The notes below the pieces were generated by a model. The model saw only the letters and a program-made list of their open reading frames with translations, searched no databases and was not told the origin of the DNA. A stretch of 64,000 nt of DNA from Octopus vulgaris. Its lineage: Eukaryota. The stretch is taken from contig OX597817.1 of the NCBI GenBank assembly GCA_951406725.2, positions 121,892,001 to 121,956,000 of the forward strand, in the 5' to 3' direction. Position 1 is the first letter of the stretch. Each line of letters opens with the position of its first letter. The position numbers were made by a program, and so were the translations under genes. This document shows, piece after piece, positions 40,395-54,698 of this stretch.

Positions 40395-40829
40395 AGTGCT
40401 GTTGTGCTTCCATGAATAAAGAAGTCTTTCTGCAGTAATATTCAGTGTGGCAGCTCGAGGGAAACATCCGTCGAACTACCAGACTTTGGAACTCTCTTCC
40501 ATCTCATTGTTTTTTTTCCTCCTTATTACCTGAATTCTTTCCTAAAGTAAAGTCGTTCTTTTGTCTTAATTTCTCTTTTATAGTCACTTAGACTCAGTGG
40601 CTTTCCGCTTCGTGACATTCTTATAAAAGAATTTATACTTAAAACAAAAGCATAATAATTTGAATACATGTATAAGTGTGTGTATGGTGTAACATTTTAT
40701 TATATTCTAATAGTAAAACTATGTACAATCTTGCTTTTATAACCCATTGATTTAATGTTTTAAATGAAATTACAATTTTTGAAAGAATTCGTAAATTACA
40801 GAATATCACAGACACCGATAATATCATTT

Positions 40830-41010
40830 CTGCCACAAGAACAAGGTCGAAGATTTGGGGGATTGATGTCTCAACGGGTTCATATTTTATCAACTCTGAA
40901 AGGAACGAAGGAGCAAAGTTGGCTTCGGTGGTATTTGAACTCAGAACGTAAGGTCGGCAGAAGCTGTCGCCAAGTATTTTTGTCCGGCATCCTTACGATT
41001 CTGCGAGCTC
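40830..41010 (-). mobile_element. Degraded SINE, family A
   Basis: atttgaactcagaacgta...ttttgtccggcatccttacgattctgc. Confidence 0.7.
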
Positions 41011-42437
41011 ACAGGATAATATCTAAGTAGCAATTTCGAGCAAAGAAATTGAATATAAAAAATATTGACTACTTAATTTCTATTCATATGCATATTTACG
41101 ACTTCAATAAAAAAACAGAAAACATTCATGCATCGGGAGATTTTGTTGTAAATTGTATATTTTGCACATCTAGTTCCAAGTTGATTTATCTACGTTGATA
41201 TACATGACATTATTTCCTATGAGACTCATGTAGTCACTTGAATCACAACTAATGTTTTACCGATTCTACTTTCTATTTAGACAACCATAAAAGAGTGAAA
41301 GGCAATACTATCGCATGCAGAAAAATTTGAACTAAAAATCATGAAAGTCGAAACTAAACAGTTTTACATGGTTATTGATTTCATGCTATTGCTTTTTATT
41401 TCGCATATTATATAAATCATAGTTTCCTACATTGGCAAGGACGGTAGATTGCATACTGCCGATTTGAAATGGAGAGAGTTAAGAAAACAGTATTTATTAT
41501 AATTTACACACTCCGACGTAGAAATGCATCTTTCAAAAGGCTGTTTTTCACTACTACAACAAGTACTTCTACCACTACTACTATACGATTACTAGTACTA
41601 CTACTACGACCATCAAAACTACCAACACCACCATCATTATTTCAAACATTATAGTGTAAATATTCGTGGCTCTATATTCCACTAGCCCCTTGTAGACTAG
41701 TATAGCCGGACTACAAATATATATTTTTATCATTGTTGCTATTTCCTTCGCAAGAATTTATTTGATTCCATATATGTCTTCGTTAAACAATCTAACGTGA
41801 GCATATGAATATAATTAGACGAAATTAAATGTATATTTCTCCAGGCTTCGTAAGCTTTAACGAAGCAATAGAATACATGAGTATTCTAGTGAGTCCGTAT
41901 GCATCTGTGTGAGTGTGGTGTGTGTGTGTGTCTGCGCGTGTGATAGCCTGTGTTTTCTCGTTTTGTGTGTTTGCATTGATATTTATTCTCGTTCACGGTT
42001 CCATTGTATTCAAGTAACAAGAAATGAATGCAACCGTTAAATGTCATCGCAATCGCAAATCTATTCACGCTAACAGATAACTAAATATACCAATCAGTCT
42101 TTGAATCTGCAGTGTAACAAATTCTCTAATAAAAGCTAACATTGGTAACCTTATCATTACTATTATTATTCTTAGTTATGGTTGTAGTTGTTGTTATTAA
42201 TAAGAATATCAACAGCAACACGGCAACGTCATACTAATATCTATTAAATAAAAAAATGACTGTGTATCTCATGAATGAAATCTTCGTAAATTCTAGGATT
42301 TCTGTGAAGACTGAAGGCAATATCATGATACCAATATTTTAAATACTTATTTCTTTGACAAACTTCTGCGGTTCATTCTATATAATACAGTAGACAGCAT
42401 GAAGTATGTGTGTGTGTGTATGTGTGTGTGTGTATGT

Positions 42438-42595
42438 AGGCACAGGTGTGACTATGTGGTAAAAGGTTGGTTTCCTAACCGTGTGGTTACGGTTTAAGTC
42501 CCACTTTATGGAACCTTGGCAAATGTCTTCAACTATAACCCAGAACCTATCAGAGCCTTGTGAGTAGATTTGATAGATGGAAACTGTAAGCCCGT

Positions 42596-42655
<60 letters not shown>

Positions 42656-43372
42656 TAGACTACGGGTTTCTTTCAGTTTATATACGTTAGTGTGTGTGTG
42701 TGTGTTTTGTGTTCATGTTTGTCTCTCACCGGTGCGTGAAAACTGACGCTGGTTTGTTTGCCTCCCCGTAATTTAGCGATTCCGCCTAAGAAACATATTA
42801 ACAAAGTGTCAGGCTTCAAAATTAAGTACCGAGATCGATTTGTTTGGCTAAATCCTTACGAAAGATGCTACCCCAGCATGGCTGCAGGCCAATTACTGAG
42901 ATTCAAAGAGAAAAAGTATATATATGCATGTGTATGTATAGGCTTTTTATATGTCTGTGGCTGTGTGGTAAGTAGCTTGCTACCCAACCACATGGTTCCG
43001 GGTTCAGTCCCACTGCGTGGCATCTTAGGCAAGTGTCTTCTACTATAGCCTCGGGCCGACCAGAGCCTTGTGAGTGGATTTGGTAGATGGAAAGTGAAAG
43101 AAGCCTGTCGCATATATATATATATATATATATGTACATGTGTGTGTATGTGTGTGTATATGTTTGTGTGTCTGTGTTTGTCCCCCTAGCATTGCTTGAC
43201 AACCTATGCTGGTGTGTTTACGTCCCCGTAACTAAGCGTTTCGGCAAAAAAGACCGATAGAATAAGTACTGGGCTTCCAAAGAAAAAGTCCTGGGGTCGA
43301 TTTGCTCGACTAAAGGCGGTGCTCCAGCATGGCGGCAGTCAAATGACTGAAACAAGTAAAAGAGTAAAAGAG
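42438..43372 (+). mobile_element. Two tandem family B SINEs (older ~42438-42910, younger 42957-43372) with internal microsatellites
   Basis: gtggctgtgtggtaag...gggttcagtccc...ggcaagtgtcttctactatagcc...ggcggtgctccagcatgg..gcagtcaaatgactgaaac. Confidence 0.9.
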
Positions 43373-44191
43373 AGCATGTGTGTATACATATTCGCAAATA
43401 TAAATGTATGTGAGCGCGTTCGTACGTACGTCGTTATACCTTCTTTTCTCCTCTCCTATTGCTACCTATCACTAACGTATCACATACGTCTATTTATAGT
43501 GATTTGACATCTTTGTTTTCTTCCCTCCACTTCAAATTTTACTACCAAAGCTATTACTTACTTTGCTATCACCCCAGCCATATATTTTCCCTACCTTTTC
43601 TCTACCCATCCCTTAATGCAGCACTGTGATATCCCCCTACTCATATATCTCACATTCCTTTACTCCTTACCTTCTCATCTCTTTCTATCCCTCCCGCACA
43701 CCCCTCCCATCCTCCCATCACATTATCTTGACCACCAACTTACACTCCTTTTCTCACTTCTTTCACCCTTTCTTCACTTTTTTCACTCTTTGCTTTTCTC
43801 TCCCTTTTTCTTTTTTCTCTCTTTCTTCCTCTCATTTTCTCTTCCTGTTTTAAATTTGACCTATCTCCTCTTTCTAATCATACACATATCTCCTTTCCCC
43901 ATCTATCCAGTAATACTACCAATACATTCTCAAATTTTCATTCACACCATAAAACTCTTTCGAATGAGCAACGCTGATTCCACGGCTCTATGCTTTGAAA
44001 TGACTAAACATGAATTGCTACTGGAACTTACATACCATGCACAGGAAACTCTTTTAGCACTTCTATACAGCATTTTCCTCGAATAATGCAATTGCAACTA
44101 CAATATCCGTTACATATCTTTTTTTCTGCTTTCATCCTCATATTTCCTCTTTTATTCCCTATCTCCTCCTTTTTTCACAGTAATCCACGCC

Positions 44192-44239
44192 ATCTCTGAT
44201 AAAGGTATATACATAATATCCCAGAAACAACTGTAAGAT
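44192..44239 (+). ncRNA. Minimal hammerhead-like relic at the end of a pyrimidine-rich probable PLE fragment (~43500-44270)
   Basis: ATCT-CTGATaA-a-ggtatat-acata-atatcc-ca-GAAACAACTGTA-AGAT; G8 position reads A. Confidence 0.55.
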
Positions 44240-44289
44240 TATTTCATTATAAATGTCCTGAAAACTCCTCACAGCATTGGGCTTGTAAT

Positions 44290-44330
<41 letters not shown>

Positions 44331-46037
44331 GTGTGTGAGAGACAGTATGTGGGAGAGAGAGAGTGTGTGTGTGAGAGAGAGAGAGTGAGAGAGAGAAAGG
44401 TACTATGTTCTGTTTCTTACCAGGCTCAACATAATACAGTTCTTGTAAAACACAGTTTTGTAAATTTATATGATTGCCAGAGTTAAATGATAAATACATA
44501 CCTAATTGGATATTTAAGCAATGTGCTCGAGGATGTCAAATGGATTAGATGTGTGTTGTTTAAGGAGCAAAACCCACAGAGATATTGCATATACGCCCAT
44601 TACCTGTTTTTCATCTTCTATCTCATTGTTTGTTTACATCTGACGTAGCACGAATCAGTGCTAGCTATAATTTCTAAAGTATATCTAAAGTTTAAATCTT
44701 AATAAATAATGTAGAAAATGCTCTGCTAATGCCGTAGAACCCGGTATTATAAAAATCGTTTAAAATACTTTATAGTGTATTACTTGCATAACGAAATACC
44801 ACGAACCTACAAGCATTAATATCTAATTGTAATAGGTCACTACAACTAAGTTCCTGAATCAGACATCACGGCATTAGCGCTTAAATAGAAGCTTATTAAC
44901 TATAATTCTAATGACAACCAGTTTCGCCTCTGAAATATTTTCTTTAGTCTCAAATTGTTTTTCCAAGCGGGAAATATTTCTAAGAAAAAATTGTCTCTGT
45001 TTAAGGCAATTTCGTGTACATTACTAATCATGCATTCATCAGAAAAAACCTGTTTTTTTATGAGAATTCAGTATTTTGCTAGAATAAATTGTCCTTTAAA
45101 CTATTCAAGACATCAGCTCATTCGTCATATCACACCATACCGTCGTAAACAAGAATGACAATAATAGAAACGTGAGACAGTATGATATATAAAAATAGAC
45201 GGGACTGTCACAATCACTGTGTATCGCTTGTAGACTTTTACTTGCTAAAGCTGACCTGAGGTCAAACGACAGGAAGAATATAATTTATGCAGTGAACTAT
45301 ACTAAAAAACAAGAGCTAGTTACCTAATAACATATTCAATAATCTATTCTTGCTTATAGGGCAATGGTGTAGAGAAATCAAAATACGTTTCCGACAATAG
45401 ATTTAAGTGATATCACTTTCGATTTATCATTACTCAAAAAAAAAAAAAAAATTCTATTCCGTTTTTATTCGTATCATAAAATTCACTTTGCCATTTGTAT
45501 CATGATTTGGGTGTGATCAGAGACCGCATGAAATTGAAGCAATTACATCGCGGAAGAGCCATCTTAACCAATTTATGACTTTATTGCTCAAGCTGTCAAA
45601 TTGTGTCGCATATTTGCAACCTGGTTATTTAGAGATTTCCACAGCACTGCTGAAAATATGACTTACTGCCAAGCTTTAATTGGTCTTGCGGTCTTTCTTT
45701 AGTTTCTCTCTTTTCTTCTTACTACACATCGTTGTAGCTGGAACATATGACATAGATCGCCGTTAGGCATTTTAGATTCAATATTACTGTTTGCTTGTAA
45801 ATTCCATGTGTCTTTTCTATCATTTCTCTTGAAATGCCTCACCATTTTCTTTTATATTTCATTTCTTTTTTGCCCCTCCATATAAAATATACATAGTAAG
45901 ACCATACATTCAAAATCAACTAGCATGATGAATGATGTCAGAATGAATGGAAAAGGTAAGAAGAGAGAGAGAGAATAAGAAAAAACAAGGAAGTGGAGAT
46001 AAGAAGGAGTGTAACGAAACACGCAAACTTATAAGTA

Positions 46038-46039
<2 letters not shown>

Positions 46040-46109
<70 letters not shown>

Positions 46110-46114
46110 TATAT

Positions 46115-46172
<58 letters not shown>

Positions 46173-46203
46173 GGATGGATGGATGGATAGATGGATAGAT
46201 AGA

Positions 46204-46234
<31 letters not shown>

Positions 46235-46253
46235 GCAGGAAGACAGACAGACG

Positions 46254-46325
<72 letters not shown>

Positions 46326-46326
46326 T
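46040..46326. repeat. Compound microsatellite (TA)n(TAGA)n(TGGA)n(CAGA)n
   Basis: Directly visible; sits at the internal microsatellite position of the adjacent family B SINE. Confidence 0.95.
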
Positions 46327-46490
46327 ACGACGGGCTTCGTTGAGTTTCCGTCTACGAAATCTATTTAAAAGGCTTTTGCCGGTCCGAAGCAACAGTAGAA
46401 GGCACTTGCCCAACATGCAATGCAGTGGAACTGAACGTGGAAGCATATGGTGGGAACTAAACTTGCCGCCACACGGCCACGCCTGCGCCT
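46327..46490 (-). mobile_element. SINE family B, 5' part
   Basis: acgacgggctt...gtttccgtctac...ggccacgcctgcgcc. Confidence 0.8.
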
Positions 46491-46949
46491 ATGTATTGAG
46501 CACGGCTAATGTTCTATTTACCATGGTGAAAATATCAATCGGGACATTCCTTATTCATCATTGTGATAGGATTCTTTTAAAGAGTTTGTTGAGTTGTCTT
46601 GATTTATCATTTGTCACTGTTAGTGGAAAAAAAAATATTAATCCCCCTGTTTATAACTATATTTAATATGTCTTAGAGCCAATCGTGATGCATATTCTTG
46701 TGATTTAATGGCTTGACGCACTAAACAGCGTTACTAAATCATAAATAGATCAACAACATGAGTCGATGCACTATATAACCTTATCGGTATCATCTTGTTG
46801 AAAATGTGACGCTTGAACACCTTAGTTTTTTTTTTTACTCCTTCGCATTGATCCATTGAATGATGAAGAAATCGTTGTTGTTCACAGTTTAATCTACATC
46901 ATAAAATATGTGCACAAACAGGAGTTGTTATATATATATGATGTGCTCT

Positions 46950-47155
46950 TTTGTGTATGTACCCCTCCCCACCGTTTGACAACCGGTGAAGATGTGTTTA
47001 CGTTTCTGTAACTTAAAAGTTCGGTAAAAGAAACTGGTAGGTTAAATGATAGGTTTAAAAAATAAGTATTGGGGTCGATTCGTTCGACAAACATTGTTTA
47101 AAGCGGTGCTCCAGCAAGACTGTAGTCTATTTACTGAAACAAGTGAAATATAAGA
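46950..47155 (+). mobile_element. SINE family B, 3' part
   Basis: ttgacaaccgg...ggggtcgattcgttcgac...gcggtgctccagca...ctgaaacaagt. Confidence 0.75.
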
Positions 47156-47344
47156 TAACATATGGAGATATCGTGCTCTTTTCTTAAAGATCGAATAACA
47201 GAAATAAATTCTGAAATAGCCACAGGAACTACTTTACCTTTCAATATCCTGTGGTCCATGGGGAAACTCGTTAAAATAAAAGGAACCTTTGATAGTGAAA
47301 AGATTGGAAACCACTGGTATATTTGGGTGTAATTCTGGTTTCTA

Positions 47345-47545
47345 CTTTTGGCACGAGACCAGGAGGGGGTGGGGATAAGTCGATTACATTGACTCCTGTG
47401 TTCTACTGGTACTTATTTTCTCGACTCTGAAATGGTTAAAGGCAAAGTCAACCTCGGCGGAATTTGAACTCGGTATGTAAGGATGGAGGAGATGCCGCTA
47501 AGCATTTCGCCCGGCGTGCTGACGATTCTGCCAGGTCACCGCCTT
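47345..47545 (-). mobile_element. SINE family A
   Basis: ggcaaagtcaacctcggcggaatttgaactc...gattctgccaggtcaccgcc. Confidence 0.85.
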
Positions 47546-48752
47546 ATATTTTGCTGTAATGTTAATGATATTGATCGACTGAATAAAACGCTCTGTTGTT
47601 AGCTTCCGCCCCTCTCTCTCTCTCTTTCATTTCCGCTTGATCTGTTGAATGAAGGACAATATTCAGGACAACCGTTTGATGATGCAGATGGGACGCAGTA
47701 GCGGTGAAGCAGGTAAAATAGTGAGAACTTGATCTTTTTGAAGAATTATTCGAACGCTTGTGTCAGTGCTGGCGCAATCGCACAGATTTGTGGATAGAGA
47801 CTACATTAAGTTGTAGCTTTGTTTAGAAAAGCAATTACTCTACCAATATGAGTAACTTAAAGACCTATGTAAGCTAATCAAAATTCCCAATTCTTTCTCT
47901 TTAATCCTCGTATATTTTTTGAAACAATCCCTAAGCTATAATTTTTCTACATATGTCAATCTACAGACACACAAAGTAAGCATCGATTCCCAACATTTGC
48001 GGAAGTCCTGAAAGACTTTTGATGACAAACCCCCAATTAACTACTTAATATATTTTGCTGGAAAATTTTAGCAACCGCTAGCTTCAACAGCTGTAAAAGA
48101 ATAAAGGACGCAATAACAATAACAAATGGTTTTTAAAATAATAATGTCTCCTAGTGTATCACTAAAAACTGAAATCATATGCTTTAATAACTACTTGCAA
48201 TAAGACTAGAACATTTGAGGAAAGAATTTAGGTACTTCTTCCCACGTTTTCCACCAACATACCGTGTTTAACTCTTTTTATTCTTAATCAACATTTGTTC
48301 GCTAAATCAAAACACATTCAAAAGTATGCTCCTTGTTGGTGTTTGATAACCAAAGAATACTGTCACGCCCTATCATGCCGATATAATCAACCATTATTTA
48401 AAGTGAATACGTTACGTAAAATGTAAAGGAAGTTGTGCATGCCTTTAATCTTTTATATAATGAAGTCGGGTATCGTTGCAAAACTATAATTAATTGCAGA
48501 TTAATGCCTGCTGATCTTTTGATTTTAATTAAAACGTTATAATCAAAACGTATAAAGGCTATCATACTTTTCTGTCATAAACCCTTAACTGCGTTACAAG
48601 AAAGTGAAGATACTCAAAGTGAAACTTAAATGTTTGATTAATATTTTATCTATATCTGCATATTATTAAAATTTCTGTTCTTTTATGCACATAGATATTT
48701 ACAGGTTCACTCAATCTCTCTCTCACTTTCTCTCTTTCCCGTTCTCTCTCTC

Positions 48753-48789
<37 letters not shown>

Positions 48790-48957
48790 CGCTAATACAA
48801 GAAAATTTATAGTTGTAACCTAAATTTACTCCTCAGCCATACCTAAGTAACACACGGCTTGTTATGATTAACTAAAAGCAATTGTACGCGGTGCTCCGGC
48901 ATGGCTGCAGTACTATATTGAAGACGTAAAAGTGTCAAGGACTAAAAGAATACACAT

Positions 48958-48994
<37 letters not shown>

Positions 48995-49371
48995 TGCACA
49001 CACACGCACGCATACACATACACACTCACATACACTCACTCACACCTCAACGTACAAAACCAAACATTTTGTGCCTCTTAAATTGTTTGGCAACGGACAA
49101 CTGCATTCAGACTATTGATGGCCTTTTTAGTGAGGATAAAATCTTCATGAGGCGTACGGTGCAAAAACGTTTTAGTACGTAACCAGCTTTCATCTCTCAC
49201 TAACCAGTTAAAACTTCACAAATTTCAATGAATATTCCTAGTAATAAATATTTGAAAGTTACTGAAATTGTCTTTGAGTGAACTTACCGCTTATCTTCTT
49301 CATTATATTTCTTTTCTATATTAATGCTTTACATACAATTTTCAAAAAATTACCATTAACTTAAATTTACT

Positions 49372-49553
49372 TACTCTTTTACTTGTTTCAGTCCTTTGAC
49401 TGCGGCCATGCTGGAGCACCACCTTTAGTCGAGCAAATCGACCCCGGGACTTATCCATTGTAAGCCCAGTACTTATTCTATCGGTCACTTTTGCCGAACC
49501 GTAAACACACCAACATTGGTTGTCAAGCAATGCTAGGGGGACAAACACAGACA

Positions 49554-49592
<39 letters not shown>

Positions 49593-49774
49593 TTATATAT
49601 ATACATATATACGACGGGCTTCTTTCAGTTTCCGTCTACCAAATCCACTCACAAGGCTTTGGTCAACCCGAGGCTATAGTAGAAGAAACTTGCCCAAGAT
49701 GCCACACAGTGGGACTGAACCCGGAACCATGTGGTTAGTAAACAAGCTACTTACCACACAGCCACTCCTGCGCC
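49372..49774 (-). mobile_element. Near full-length SINE family B
   Basis: Reverse complement of 42957-43372 including head ggcgcaggagtggctgtgtgg. Confidence 0.9.
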
Positions 49775-50939
49775 TATACTTGTGGTATAATATAATCTTT
49801 AAATAGCAGTAATGAGATAAACTGACATAACGAAACGAAAAGTATAATATATGACGTAGTTGAGCTAAATTAGACTTTCAAATTGTGCTTTACATTTTAA
49901 AGTAATGCAAATATAACACAGCATACTAAATTAAATACGAGTGAAAAAGTAGCATTTTCCATGTGATACAAAAATGGGAGACTGAAAAATATAGTATCTG
50001 AATGATATAAAATAAGTGTTTATACCAAATTCAAAAATATTAAATACTCTAAAGCATTTTCATTTTTTTAGACTAATTTGATTTTTCATTCCCCTCGCCT
50101 GTGGTAACAACAAATTCTGTATAATTCAAGTACTCAAGTCGAGTCAATTAACTCTATACTCCCAAACAAATATGTTGCCTTGTTGTTAAGTGCGAAAACA
50201 ATATTATTTTGAATGCCGGCTACAGTATTGCACTTCGAAAACTATTTCATCTTTAGAAATCTTTAATTTTCAAAGGATTATAATTCGATGAATGCTTTTC
50301 AGGTGATAATTTAAAGATAATTAGATATTTCTGCAATATATTATTTTTAAAGCTACTAATTAAGTTTAAAATGCAATACTGTTTCAAAAACTACATTCTG
50401 CAGAATATCACTTTTAAATAAAATCACACTTGATTTAAATATTTTCCACGTATTTTAATATTATTTTCGGTATCCTATGTGATTTTTGGATTATTTAGAC
50501 TTCCAAGTTATAATTACTTAAAACGCGGCAGTGAAAAATTTTCAAATGTAAAAGATCAATCGCAGTTGATGATAATGCCTTGATGATAGCTATTTTTAAG
50601 TATAATTAAAACTGAAGTTACACCGTGTGTACACTAATTGCGCCTATTCTGTCTATTCAATCCTCTTTTTTTTTCATTATGTGTCGTATATTTTTTTTAA
50701 TATGAAATTTGTTAACTGTTCGACTGAGAGAGAACTTTCTCATCAACAAACATTTTAAACAAACATTTTAAATTTTGTAGCAATTGAAATTCAATTTTTT
50801 TAAAAGCGATACTCTAACAACCATAAAATACTACTGTCAGCCAAGAGATAAAACAATGCTTTAAGTGAAAAGAGTGATTAGTCTATTTATCCAGGTTTTC
50901 TTTTATTGTTTTAGTCTGGAGGAAGCTGCTGTTAACATG

Positions 50940-51110
50940 GTTTTCGCATGTTCGATTATATTGAAGCGGTTGAAGAGTTTCAAATCGACAGCTATAGGAG
51001 AAAGTGTGCAGGGAGGTGATGCCAGAGGTTTTACTTCTTGCAAAGAAGGATTTAGCGTAGAGATTATTACAGAGAATCGGTAGTGGTTGTAGTGGAAACA
51101 AAATCCTTTT
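50940..51110 (-). mobile_element. Decayed 3' end of a LINE ORF2 (Jockey/CR1/L2-like)
   Basis: Frameshifted YAKSFFAR / NLWHHLPAH / PIAVDLKLF resembles the SFFPR..LWN.LP...DL..F terminal motif. Confidence 0.5.
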
Positions 51111-54100
51111 TAAGAATTTCTATATAATGATTGGAGGAGAAAATAGAAACTGTATCTTGTCATCCTCTCTACTTCACACGTTGCAAGTCCTGTCAAACTG
51201 GACAATGTAAATTATTATTCATTTACTAGCAAAACATTTCAAATAATCAGGAAGTTCCATATTTTTTTTTAAAGTCAATCCCATCCTATTGTTATTGAAG
51301 ACAATGTATACAGGCCATAAAGCTCTGAAACATCATTTTGTTTGAATCTGTGTATCGAAATTGAAAGAAACTTGTCAAATAGTCAGATAATAACTATTAA
51401 GCAAATTAGTATAAGTCTCAAATAGAATAGATCGCGTAATGTGGTTAAACAGACTACAGGAAACACATATCTCATCTTACGCGTAGAGGTTTACCGATCA
51501 GTTATGTAATATTGAATTATCACTTATCCTCATTTCACATATTACTATATACGAAATTTCTAAAATAGGATGTAAATTATTAAACGTATTTTAAAATACT
51601 CGAAGTATTTCTTCCTATGTATTTTTATTTGAAATTAATTAATTTTAAATTCTTCAATAATTATGTAAATGTGTTTAAGATAAGGCAAGATTCGTGAGTA
51701 ATCAAGGATTTCATTGCACGAGATTCATACTTTGACAAGTTATATATGTAGAAGAGGAAATGCGATTGTGTAGCGTATATATTTAGCTCCAGCTCACTAG
51801 CGTTAGTGACACATATCAAGGAAATGGCTGCACCAAATTATTGTCAAAGATTCGGTTCACTAGAAGCTGACCAATAGCTTGAGACATTCCTAATATTATA
51901 AACACATTATATTGATTGATTCAAGAATTTCATTTGGGGAAAAAGGAATATGTAATAGAAGTATGCAAATGGAAAGCTAACCTCATGACCCTGTTTTCAT
52001 ATCCGGTATATCTATTTCACTTAACTGAATATCATCAAATGGAATAGCTTAATAGTTACGAAATCCTATTTCTATTGCAGTCTAGATATGGGTCCTTGTA
52101 TCTATACAATAACATATCACATGTGTTGAGAGTCATTGAATAGAAGTTGTCTCTGTTATATTACGGGCTGTAAGATAGTTTCTCATCAAGATAGATAATT
52201 GATGTTTCTATTCACGTTTTCGACCAATGGAACAAAACTAACCTCATAAACTGCCAAGCTTTATCTAACATTTTATATCATAATAAAAATGCGTCGATCA
52301 ACGCTTCCTGGACTGACAGAAAAACTAGAAACGGATATAACTAAAACAAAAAAGACCAGCCATTTTTTGTAGTTTATCACTCATCGTTAAGCTTTTAAAG
52401 ATTCATATAGTGGAAGTAAACATTCTTGTTTAAAACTATAATTTCATTAAAGAATCACTTGCATGATTTTTTTGTGTTAGCACAAAGTGGATAAAAGGAC
52501 GAAAGAACGGAACATTTAATTGCTATAGGTGTTTCACATCCGAGATAGATGATTTTTCTGAAACAATACATCAAAGCTGCATAACTGAAAGCGTTGAAAA
52601 AGATCCTAAAATTATTCTTAGGAAAGCTAGAAAACTCTGAATTGCTACAAATGGAATATCCGAGCATATTAGTTTTTGCATTTGGCTAATAAATGAACAA
52701 CGTCTCAAAGAATAGCATTTTTTAGTAGCAAAGAATGCAAGTAGGATGCAAGTATTTTTATAGCTATGACGCAAAATGTTTTCAACTGAACATTATCGTA
52801 TTTTACAACTGTTGACATGCGATATATCGATGCTAACAAAATATAAAAATGTGAGTACAGCATGCACGAAACAGAACGCGATGATTCTGCGGGGAATATG
52901 ATTCGTTTTCAGTGATTAATCATTCCCTATAGACTATTCGTTTCCAACTAGGCATGATGTTTGCTTCCATATAGAACGATACGATAGTTTAGAAATGTAT
53001 TGACCGAAACTGACACGATATATTCCCATTAAATTGTATTGTATTGCGGTCAGACAAAAACATTTCTGAATGTATTTACAAATTGTGAACACACATACAC
53101 ACACATTTTATATGTACAGAATGTGTGTAAATATAATTATTCCTATGACTGAGTGCTCATTTTGTTCTGTACGTACACGCGAATGTATTCATTGAATAAA
53201 ATTACAACTTTGAAGTATCACTTGCGAAAAATATCAATAAACATACATTCTATGATCTACGTAACGTATACAGAGATATTCTACAAGTGTTAACGCAAGA
53301 GAGCGTACAGTATTTACCGGTACAGATGTGTAATTATGGAGAACCATACGATATAATGGAGTGATATCGGTTTCAAATTATTATCGGTAGTTAAAATATT
53401 GAATGCAAAATGTATGATAAAATTCCGTGAAAATAAAAGAGTACAGAAGCACAATATTATACATGTAATTCCGATAAGCAATATGAAAAGAGCTGAACAA
53501 ATAGAATTGGCAGTAAGGAAAAGGTGTAAAGCGTTAATTACATTAATAATGACAGAAATAAGGTTTCTCCAGTATGAATGTGCACACACATATGCACGCA
53601 CATACACATACATATGTATATATACATACACACATATATATACATATATACATATATATAATATATATGTGTGTGTGGGGGGTGTAATGAGGAGTTAATA
53701 TTCAAATGTAAATATTTATATAGGTACTATTATTGCTATTATTATCTGCGATAAATTTAAATAATTGATAATAACAACAACAATAATATAGATGGTTAGA
53801 GGCGTCAAATAGCGTTAAATTATAAATGGTATGTCTAAATTCTTTACCCGTTCGCACGAATACTGTTGTTTTCCGTTGTATTTTTCAGTGTTATTGGGGG
53901 TTTAACTGGGGGTTTTAACTCCAATTTCTAGCTGGTAAGTACCTCGTGTACCCCATTGATATATATATATATATACACACATACATACATACATACATAC
54001 TTACATACCCATGTAAATACAAGTACACACAAAGACACACACACATGTATAAATAAACCCGCAGAATTCTAAGTGTGTTTGTGTGTGCGCGAGAGCGTGA

Positions 54101-54637
54101 GAACGTGTTTAAAGCGATTGAATTGCGTTCTGAAAGACCTATTACAACTATTTAGAAGCAAATTATATTGTTAATTAAAATTTTGATTTGTTTCTGGGCT
54201 TTCAAAACTTGCATAACACAAATGTGACCCTATTACCCATCTGTTCCACCGCATCCATGTGCAAATTAGTAAATGGTCAGTTCTTCGTGTTCAAGGCATA
54301 TGAGTTTGTTGTATTCATGTTCTTTAATTCCATCTCATCATTTCTTGGATACGTTGTTATATACACAGTTATAACTTTGTAAATATCGTAATATATGTGC
54401 GTTTGGTGGACCTTTATGTTGCAGACCTCATCCGGGAAGAAAATGATACACAAAGATGTGTGCAAAAACACAGATGAAGGTGTAAATGACCTCATTGGGT
54501 CTCGGGATATGCATTTCCGGTAACCAAATCTGTCGATCACAGCCTCCCATCTCGGCAAGAATGATATCGCGCGCGCACACACATATAGACACACACACAC
54601 ACGCACGCACAGATATATACATACATACATACAAACA

Positions 54638-54698
<61 letters not shown>

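Noticed and set aside
43616-44086. 156-aa ORF
   Set aside because: F/L/S-rich product of a pyrimidine tract with no domain signal.
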